Shown in pieces: positions 1 to 4,701 of a stretch of 5,155 nt of DNA. Position 1 is the stretch's first letter. Each line of letters starts with the position of its first letter. The stretch lies in NCBI GenBank assembly GCA_028700905.1, contig JAQVRT010000022.1:1-5155 (forward strand), written 5' to 3'. This DNA comes from Candidatus Iainarchaeum sp. (lineage in GTDB: Archaea; Iainarchaeota; Iainarchaeia; Iainarchaeales; CSSED10-239). Both the position numbers and the translations under genes were made by a program. The notes beneath the pieces were generated by a model. It ran no database searches. It saw only the letters and a list, made by a program, of their open reading frames with translations, and had not been told where the DNA came from.

Positions 1-40
1 GGAATTCTTTTTTCCAGAAAATATTTAATTTAAAAATACA

Positions 41-48
41 TTTATAAA
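41..48 (+). promoter_or_regulatory. Candidate archaeal TATA box (TTTATAAA) for the trkA-like gene
   Basis: TTTATAAA fits the archaeal TTTAWATA-type TATA consensus and starts 59 nt upstream of the ATG at 100. That would put a TSS near 70-75 and leave a short A-rich leader containing AAGAAG (86-91). The same 14-mer, ATTTATAAATCTAA (40-53), recurs at 4641-4654 upstream of another gene. This is a motif call in AT-rich DNA only. Confidence 0.35.
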
Positions 49-99
49 TCTAAACATCTATTATATTTAATATTAAAAAATTAAAAAGAAGAAATAAAT

Positions 100-756
100 A
101 TGTATATTATAATTGTTGGTTGTGGTAATCTAGGTTATTATGTAACAGAATTATTAATCTCTGAAAATCATGATGTGGTTGTTGTTGAAAAAGATACTTT
201 AAGAAGTCAAAAAGTTGCAAATGATTTAGATATTATTTCTATAACAGGAGATGGTACTGAGCCTTCTGTTTTAGAAAAAGCAGGAATTGATAGAGCTGAT
301 GTTTTAATTTCTTTAACAGAGACTGATGAAACAAATTTAATTATAGGTCTTATGTCAAAAGAATTAGGAGTTAAAACAGTTGCTGTGTCTTTAAGTAAAG
401 TCCATTATCACGGTCCAATAATTAAAAAATTAGGAATTGATATTGTGATTCATCCTGAAGCTGCTGCTGCTGGATATATTACTCAGCTTGTAACTCAGCC
501 TGATGTTTTAGATTTATCTTTCTTTTCTAAAGGAGATGCTGAAATTGTAGAAATTGTTTTAGATGATAATTCAAGATATATTGGACAGACTGTTAAATTT
601 TTTAATGATAAAATTCCAGGAGATACAAGAACAATTGGTCTTTACAGACAAGGAAAATTTTTATTTACTGAAGATAAAATGGTTCTTGAAAAAAAAGATA
701 AATTATTAGTAATTTCCATGAAAGGAAAAGTTTCCCAGTTAAGGAAACTTAAATAA
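100..756 (+). CDS. trkA: TrkA/KtrA-type K+ transport regulatory protein (RCK: TrkA_N Rossmann domain plus TrkA_C domain), 218 aa
   Basis: ATG start and TAA stop. The N-terminus, MYIIIVGCGNLGYYV...VVVVEKD, is a classic GxGxxG dinucleotide-binding loop followed by the acidic residue at the end of beta-2. ADVLISLTETDETNL and the C-terminal segment (AEIVEIVL...IGQTV...RTIGLYRQGKFLF...LEKKDKLLVI) match the TrkA_N/TrkA_C pattern. No pore subunit (TrkH/KtrB) lies within the window. Confidence 0.85.
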   Translation: MYIIIVGCGNLGYYVTELLISENHDVVVVEKDTLRSQKVANDLDIISITGDGTEPSVLEKAGIDRADVLISLTETDETNLIIGLMSKELGVKTVAVSLSKVHYHGPIIKKLGIDIVIHPEAAAAGYITQLVTQPDVLDLSFFSKGDAEIVEIVLDDNSRYIGQTVKFFNDKIPGDTRTIGLYRQGKFLFTEDKMVLEKKDKLLVISMKGKVSQLRKLK

Positions 757-770
757 TTTATTTTTTATTT
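757..770 (+). terminator. Oligo-T tract (TTTATTTTTTATTT), possible archaeal intrinsic terminator for trkA
   Basis: The T-rich run begins 1 nt after the trkA TAA stop, and archaeal RNAP terminates at oligo-T tracts. The tract lies inside the last codons of the convergent NMD3-like gene (...NKK stop), so it may simply reflect Lys codons on the other strand. Confidence 0.3.
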
Positions 771-1492
771 CCAAAGTGTATACAAATAGTTGTTCTTGTA
801 AGATCTTTACCATCTTTATCAATTCCTACAAGACTTTTTGAATATTTTCTTTCAATTGCACTTTTATGTTTCATTAAATGAATACCAATATTTCTACTGT
901 ATTTTAAATTATCTGTATAAAAATCAATTCCATTTTTTTGAGGAACTTCTTTTATGATATTTATATTTGCAGAAGGTCTACTTGTTTTTTCATTTATTGA
1001 ATCAATAATTTCATAAATTTCTTTAATTAATTTATCTAAAATAAGTTTTTGTAATTTTTTATCATTAAACCTAATTTGTATAATTGTTGTATAATAATTT
1101 CCAGCAATTCTAGAACATGTAAGACAAGTATCTTTCTTAACATTTATATTTACATTATATTTTAATTCTTTAAATTTATTTCCAATAATAGTATTTATTG
1201 TAATCTCTGCAAAATGAATGTTATTTTCAAGATCTATATTTACTTTTGTAGATATTTTTGGTTGTATTAATATTTTAGATTTAATACTTTTTGAAATATC
1301 TTCTTCTAAACTTTCAAAATTATTATACCATTTTTTACCCATCTTTATTTTAAAACATTTAACACAAAGAGAAATGTCTATTTCTGGTATTTTTACAAGT
1401 TCATTTTCTGACATGTAACAATCAATACAAAAATTATCAATCATTTCATCTTCAGTAATTTGTTTTCCACATTTTGGACAAAATCTCTTCAT
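758..1492 (-). CDS. nmd3: NMD3-family protein (archaeal homologue of the 60S subunit export adaptor NMD3), short form of about 244 aa. An alternative TTG start at 1519 gives 253 aa.
   Basis: Four CxxC pairs sit in the NMD3 arrangement: FCPKCG, CIDC, CVKC, then CLTCSRIAGNYYTTIIQIR (compare the C..C...W.A.VQVRQ signature). The downstream NGIDFY motif matches DGLDFYF. The track start at 1519 is a TTG, not an ATG. The ATG at 1492-1490 gives MKRFCPKCG and is preceded by GTGAT with a 7-nt spacer. TAA stop at 760-758. Confidence 0.75.
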   Translation of the reverse strand: MKRFCPKCGKQITEDEMIDNFCIDCYMSENELVKIPEIDISLCVKCFKIKMGKKWYNNFESLEEDISKSIKSKILIQPKISTKVNIDLENNIHFAEITINTIIGNKFKELKYNVNINVKKDTCLTCSRIAGNYYTTIIQIRFNDKKLQKLILDKLIKEIYEIIDSINEKTSRPSANINIIKEVPQKNGIDFYTDNLKYSRNIGIHLMKHKSAIERKYSKSLVGIDKDGKDLTRTTICIHFGNKK

Positions 1493-1508
1493 GTTATATA
1501 TCACTTTT

Positions 1509-2813
1509 CTATAAATCAATTATTTCTCCAGTCATTGGAGCAATAGTTTCAAAACCATCTTTTTCAAGTGTTTTTCTAAAATCTACAATTGAGGATGGGT
1601 CACCATGTACACAAACTACTTTTTTAGGTTTTACTTTTTTAACAAACTTTATAAGTTCATCTCTTCCAGGATGACCTGAAAAACTTGCATGTTTAATTTC
1701 ACATCTTGGTTGATATAAATCTCCATCAATGAAAAGTTTACCTGTTTCTTTTAGTCTGCTTCCATTTGTACCATCTACTTGATATCCTGTAGTTATTAAT
1801 TTATTTTTAGGATCGTCACCAAATTCTTTAAGATAAAGAAGTATTGGTCCTCCTTCAAGCATTCCTGCAGTAGTTATAATAATTGAAGGAGTTGTTTCTC
1901 TAAGTAAATTTTTTCTAATTTTACTATTTCTTATAAACACAACATCCTTAATTGATTTTTTAAAATCTTTATAATCTTTAAAAAATTCAGGGTAGTTTAA
2001 GAATATGTCTGTTGCTTTAACTCCCATTCCATCAACATATATAGGTGCTTTAATTTTGTATTTATGCATAAGGCTTATTAGTTCTTGGCTTCTTTCAATT
2101 GCAAAAGATGAAAGCATAACCATTCCTTTCTTTTTTAAAGTATCTTGAATTTCTTTAATTAATCCTTCTTCTATTTTTTTTCTAGGTGTGTGATTATCTG
2201 AACCATATGTGCTTTCAATTATTAAATAATCTACTTCTGGTATGTTTCTATCATATCCTGCAAATAATGAACTTTCTTCTGCTCTAAAATCTCCAGTATA
2301 CATTATTTTTTTACCATCCATTTCAATAACTGAAATTACACTTCCAGTAATATGTCCTGCATCATAAAAAGTTAATTTTGAATTCTTTGTAATTTCTGTA
2401 GGTTTATTAAGTTTTAAAAAGAAAGCACTATCTTGTGCAGCATACATGTCTTCTTTTTCAAAAGGTGGTGTTTTTTGTTCATATTTTGCAATTTTTAAAG
2501 TATCTTTCCATAAAAGAGAAGATAAATCTAAAGTTGCTTGAGTTAGAAAAAGATTTGGATTATATTTTTTATAAAGAGAAGGTATGTCTCCAGAATGATC
2601 TAAGTGTGCGTGACTTAAAATAACTGCATCTAAATATTCTGTAATTTTTATAGGTTCTTCAACATTTCCTTCAAAATCTACTTTTTCTGATTTTTCATTT
2701 AGATATTTTGGATTTAATTTTAATCCATAATCAAATAAAATTTTATCAGATCCGTAAAGAAGAAAACCACTTCTACCAACTTCATTTCCGGCTCCTAAAC
2801 ATTTTAATTTCAT
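1509..2813 (-). CDS. Beta-CASP metallo-beta-lactamase-fold ribonuclease, aCPSF2-like (no N-terminal KH domains), 434 aa
   Basis: ATG start and TAG stop. All signature motifs are present:
- CPSF-type N-terminus: LGAGNEVGRSGFLL.
- Motif 1: Asp in ILFDYG.
- Motif 2: HAHLDHSG (codons at 2595-2612).
- Motif 3: DAGHITGS.
- Motif 4: YTGDF.
- Beta-CASP motif A: IIESTYG.
- Beta-CASP motif B: SFSGHPG.
- Beta-CASP motif C: VCVHGD.
The length and the absence of KH domains fit the aCPSF2 group rather than aCPSF1. The N-terminal motif looks CPSF-like rather than RNase J-like. Confidence 0.85.
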   Translation of the reverse strand: MKLKCLGAGNEVGRSGFLLYGSDKILFDYGLKLNPKYLNEKSEKVDFEGNVEEPIKITEYLDAVILSHAHLDHSGDIPSLYKKYNPNLFLTQATLDLSSLLWKDTLKIAKYEQKTPPFEKEDMYAAQDSAFFLKLNKPTEITKNSKLTFYDAGHITGSVISVIEMDGKKIMYTGDFRAEESSLFAGYDRNIPEVDYLIIESTYGSDNHTPRKKIEEGLIKEIQDTLKKKGMVMLSSFAIERSQELISLMHKYKIKAPIYVDGMGVKATDIFLNYPEFFKDYKDFKKSIKDVVFIRNSKIRKNLLRETTPSIIITTAGMLEGGPILLYLKEFGDDPKNKLITTGYQVDGTNGSRLKETGKLFIDGDLYQPRCEIKHASFSGHPGRDELIKFVKKVKPKKVVCVHGDPSSIVDFRKTLEKDGFETIAPMTGEIIDL

Positions 2814-2820
2814 TTTTTAT

Positions 2821-2830
2821 TCACATCCTT
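2821..2830 (-). promoter_or_regulatory. Shine-Dalgarno-like site (AAGGATGTGA on the minus strand) for the beta-CASP RNase gene
   Basis: The reverse complement of 2821-2830 is AAGGATGTGA. It resembles AGGAGGTGAT, the complement of the archaeal 16S 3' end, and lies 7 nt upstream of the ATG at 2813. Confidence 0.5.
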
Positions 2831-2850
2831 GTTTTTTTAATTTAATAATT

Positions 2851-2860
2851 TTATATTAAA
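2851..2860 (-). promoter_or_regulatory. Candidate TATA box (TTTAATATAA on the minus strand) for the beta-CASP RNase / NMD3 transcription unit
   Basis: A TATA-like element sits about 40-47 nt upstream of the ATG at 2813. That would place a TSS just upstream of the SD-like site. Many alternative A/T octamers exist in this 153-nt divergent intergenic region. Confidence 0.25.
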
Positions 2861-2937
2861 ATTATTTTAAATAGTAATATTTTAATCAATTTTTTTAATT
2901 AATAATTATAAGTAATATATTATATAAGCAAAATAAA

Positions 2938-2945
2938 TATATATT
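2938..2945 (+). promoter_or_regulatory. Candidate TATA box (TATATATT) for the PHP / peptidase unit, at a spacing that suggests a leaderless mRNA
   Basis: The element is centred about 26 nt upstream of the ATG at 2967, and no SD-like purine run precedes that ATG. A TATA-to-TSS distance of about 25 nt would start transcription at or next to the start codon. Leaderless transcripts are common in archaea. Confidence 0.3.
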
Positions 2946-2953
2946 AATAGGTT

Positions 2954-2969
2954 CATATATTAATATATG
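2954..2969. repeat. Perfect 16-nt palindrome CATATATTAATATATG whose last three bases are the PHP gene start codon
   Basis: Checked base by base: pairs 2954/2969 through 2961/2962 are all complementary. Its left half also forms an 11-nt direct repeat (ATATATTAATA at 2939-2949 and 2955-2965). Any function as an operator is speculative, because TA-rich sequence is often self-complementary. Confidence 0.6.
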
Positions 2970-3878
2970 TTATATAATATTGATATGCACACTCATCTTT
3001 TTAAAAATAAAGAGTCTGCAAAAAAATATTGGAAAGTTGTTTCAGAAAATAATCTTCTAGGTACAGCTATAACTGAATATAATTATTTAGATCCTAGAAA
3101 AGCATATTTTGAACTTTTAAAATATAAACCAAAAGATAAATTATTAATTCCTGGAATTAAAATATTAACTGATTCTGGAGAAGTTTTAGTTTTTTCAGAA
3201 GATGCTAGTATTTATAATTATTCTATACTTTATGAAGATAAAGTTTCTCTTAAAAGACTAATTGATTTTTGTTATAAAAAAAAATATTTAATTACAATTG
3301 CACATCCTTTTGGTCTAATTTCAAATTCTGCGACTTATATTCTAGGACTTGATAGATTAGAAAAAATCATTAAAGAAAAAAAAATAGGTGTTGAAGCATA
3401 TACTGGAACAATAGGATATTTATCTTATTATATGCATGATTCTTTTTTCTTAAGAAAATTAAGACATATTTTAGATTATTTAGAACTTCATAGGTTCTTT
3501 AAGACTTTAGGACTTTCAAGTTTTAGTGAATATTTAACACATAAAATTGATCAGAAAAGTTATGATGTTGTTTATAAATTTGAAGCAGCAATAAAACTTG
3601 GAAAAATGTCAAACTATATTACTGCAGGTTCTGGAAGTTATAATGTTTCTGAAATTGGTAGTGGTGTTTTAACCATTGAGCTAAATACTTCTTTTTTTGA
3701 TAAAGATGATGATAATTTAAAGAACAGACTTCTTTTAAATAAAATAAAAAATAAAAAAATTAAATCTGTAGGTCCTCCAGGAAATTATACAGATAATCTT
3801 TTTGAAAGATCCACTGCTAGAAAAACAAAAATAAAAGCTTATAAAGATTTAATGTATCTTACAAAAAGATCAATTTAG
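2967..3878 (+). CDS. PHP (polymerase and histidinol phosphatase) domain-like protein, apparently with degenerate metal-binding motifs, 303 aa
   Basis: ATG start and TAG stop. The order of motifs follows the PHP fold:
- N-terminal IDMHTH (the D-x-H-x-H motif).
- AITEYN, where PHP proteins have aiTDH.
- PGIKIL, where they have pG-x-E.
- ITIAHPFG (the conserved AHP).
- IGVEAYTG (compare iEv.N).
- ITAGSGSYNVSEIG, where they have tgGSDAH...vG.
The basic C-terminal tail is not part of the fold. The family assignment rests on motif order only. Confidence 0.65.
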   Translation: MLYNIDMHTHLFKNKESAKKYWKVVSENNLLGTAITEYNYLDPRKAYFELLKYKPKDKLLIPGIKILTDSGEVLVFSEDASIYNYSILYEDKVSLKRLIDFCYKKKYLITIAHPFGLISNSATYILGLDRLEKIIKEKKIGVEAYTGTIGYLSYYMHDSFFLRKLRHILDYLELHRFFKTLGLSSFSEYLTHKIDQKSYDVVYKFEAAIKLGKMSNYITAGSGSYNVSEIGSGVLTIELNTSFFDKDDDNLKNRLLLNKIKNKKIKSVGPPGNYTDNLFERSTARKTKIKAYKDLMYLTKRSI

Positions 3879-3885
3879 ATTAGTT

Positions 3886-4617
3886 ATGGATTATATTTAT
3901 TTGCCAATCATTGTTTTTTCAATAGTTATTTTACTTTATATTACTTATCAAGACATAAAATATAGAGAAATAAATATAATGTCTTTATTTTTTTTAGCAC
4001 TTTTTAGTGTAATTTATTTAGCACTTTTTGTTTTTAAAACAGATTTTATTTTATGGAAGAGTTATTTATTACAACTTGCTGTAAGTTTTATATTTTTATT
4101 GATTTTTTATGTTTTAGGTAAAATAAGTTATTTTACATATATTGGAGAAGGAGATTTATACACTATTTTTGCAATATCATTTACAAATATTTTTGATGTT
4201 TATTTTCCAATGTTTGTTTTCTTTTTTGCATTGATTTTAACCTTACTTATACCTATTTGTTTGTTTTTTTATAATCTTTTTTCAAGAAACTTTCCAAAAT
4301 ATAGTTTTTTTAAATCCATGTATTTAATGTTTTTAGGGGTTCCTTTAGCTTTAAAGAAAATTAATAAATTTTATACTCCTTTAGAAAAATTTAAAATTGA
4401 AAATAATAAATTAATTTCAAATATTGTTTTTATGCCAAATATTGAACCTGAAATTGAAATTAAAAAAATTAAACTTATTGCTAAAACTAATAATATTTCA
4501 AAGATATGGTTTTCTCCTTTAATTCCATTTATTATATTGATTTTAATAAGTTATATTTTTCTAATTCTTTTATATGTTTTTAATATTATTCCAAAAATAA
4601 TTTCTTTTTTTATTTAA
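3886..4617 (+). CDS. Archaeal class III signal peptidase (peptidase A24 family; FlaK/PibD/EppA-like preflagellin/prepilin peptidase), 243 aa polytopic membrane protein
   Basis: ATG start 7 nt after the PHP stop; TAA stop. The first catalytic Asp lies in TYQDIKYREI (D23, codon 3952-3954) at the end of TM1. The second lies in the GxGD motif YIGEGDLYT (D90, codon 4153-4155). There are several strongly hydrophobic helices. A soluble K/E/N-rich insertion (about residues 160-205) precedes a final TM helix, as in archaeal A24 peptidases with a C-terminal domain. I cannot assign FlaK versus EppA versus PibD specificity. Confidence 0.85.
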   Translation: MDYIYLPIIVFSIVILLYITYQDIKYREINIMSLFFLALFSVIYLALFVFKTDFILWKSYLLQLAVSFIFLLIFYVLGKISYFTYIGEGDLYTIFAISFTNIFDVYFPMFVFFFALILTLLIPICLFFYNLFSRNFPKYSFFKSMYLMFLGVPLALKKINKFYTPLEKFKIENNKLISNIVFMPNIEPEIEIKKIKLIAKTNNISKIWFSPLIPFIILILISYIFLILLYVFNIIPKIISFFI

Positions 4618-4641
4618 TGTTATTTAAAAAATATCTAAAGA

Positions 4642-4649
4642 TTTATAAA
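4642..4649 (+). promoter_or_regulatory. Candidate archaeal TATA box (TTTATAAA) for the downstream Lys-rich ORF
   Basis: This is the same TTTATAAA octamer, within the same 14-mer (ATTTATAAATCTAA, 4641-4654), as upstream of trkA. It starts 60 nt before the ATG at 4702, compared with 59 nt for trkA. An alternative TATA-like element, TATATATT, lies at 4667-4674. Confidence 0.35.
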
Positions 4650-4689
4650 TCTAATGAACTAATATCTATATATTAAAATATATTTTAAA

Positions 4690-4694
4690 GAAGG
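4690..4694 (+). promoter_or_regulatory. Shine-Dalgarno-like GAAGG upstream of the 4702 ORF
   Basis: GAAGG sits 7 nt upstream of the ATG at 4702. It is the only G-containing purine cluster in the 84-nt intergenic spacer. Confidence 0.4.
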
Positions 4695-4701
4695 CATATT
4701 T

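Noticed and set aside
1-99. Possible tail of an upstream gene (frame 1 is open from nt 1 to a TAA at 31-33) and a GAATTC site at 2-7
   Set aside because: Only 10 codons are visible, and all three plus-strand frames close within 47 nt, so no ORF can be supported. The EcoRI site is a single hexamer and cannot be interpreted.
460-471. (GCT)4 trinucleotide repeat, a locally GC-richer spot
   Set aside because: It is in frame and encodes the Ala4 of PEAAAAGY in TrkA. The microsatellite is too short to count as a feature.
731-747. Small hairpin TTTCC-N7-GGAAA near the end of trkA
   Set aside because: It has only a 5-bp stem with a 7-nt loop and lies inside coding sequence. Archaeal termination does not require hairpins, so this is probably fortuitous.
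1218-1418. 66-aa plus-strand ORF from the track
   Set aside because: It lies entirely antisense within the NMD3-like gene. Its product is a low-complexity F/I/L/S-rich translation typical of shadow ORFs opposite Lys/Glu/Asn-rich coding sequence. It has no motif and no upstream signals.
1474-1674. 66-aa plus-strand ORF from the track
   Set aside because: It is antisense to the NMD3 start and the conserved C-terminus of the beta-CASP RNase. This is a shadow ORF with no supporting features.
2435-2623. 62-aa plus-strand ORF from the track
   Set aside because: It is antisense to the region of the beta-CASP RNase that includes the HAHLDH motif. The minus-strand frame is clearly the real gene.
2814-2966. 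Possible small RNA, tRNA or sORF in the 153-nt divergent intergenic region (and likewise in 4618-4701)
   Set aside because: Both spacers are almost pure A/T with no G/C-containing stems, so a structured RNA is implausible. The only minus-strand ATGs give a 1-codon and a 16-codon ORF. The regions are best explained as back-to-back promoters.
3994-4029. 12-nt direct repeat TTAGCACTTTTT (3994-4005 and 4018-4029) inside the peptidase gene
   Set aside because: It encodes LALF twice within one hydrophobic helix (FFLALFSVIYLALFVF). This is most simply codon and amino-acid bias in a TM segment, or a tiny in-frame duplication, and has no independent significance.
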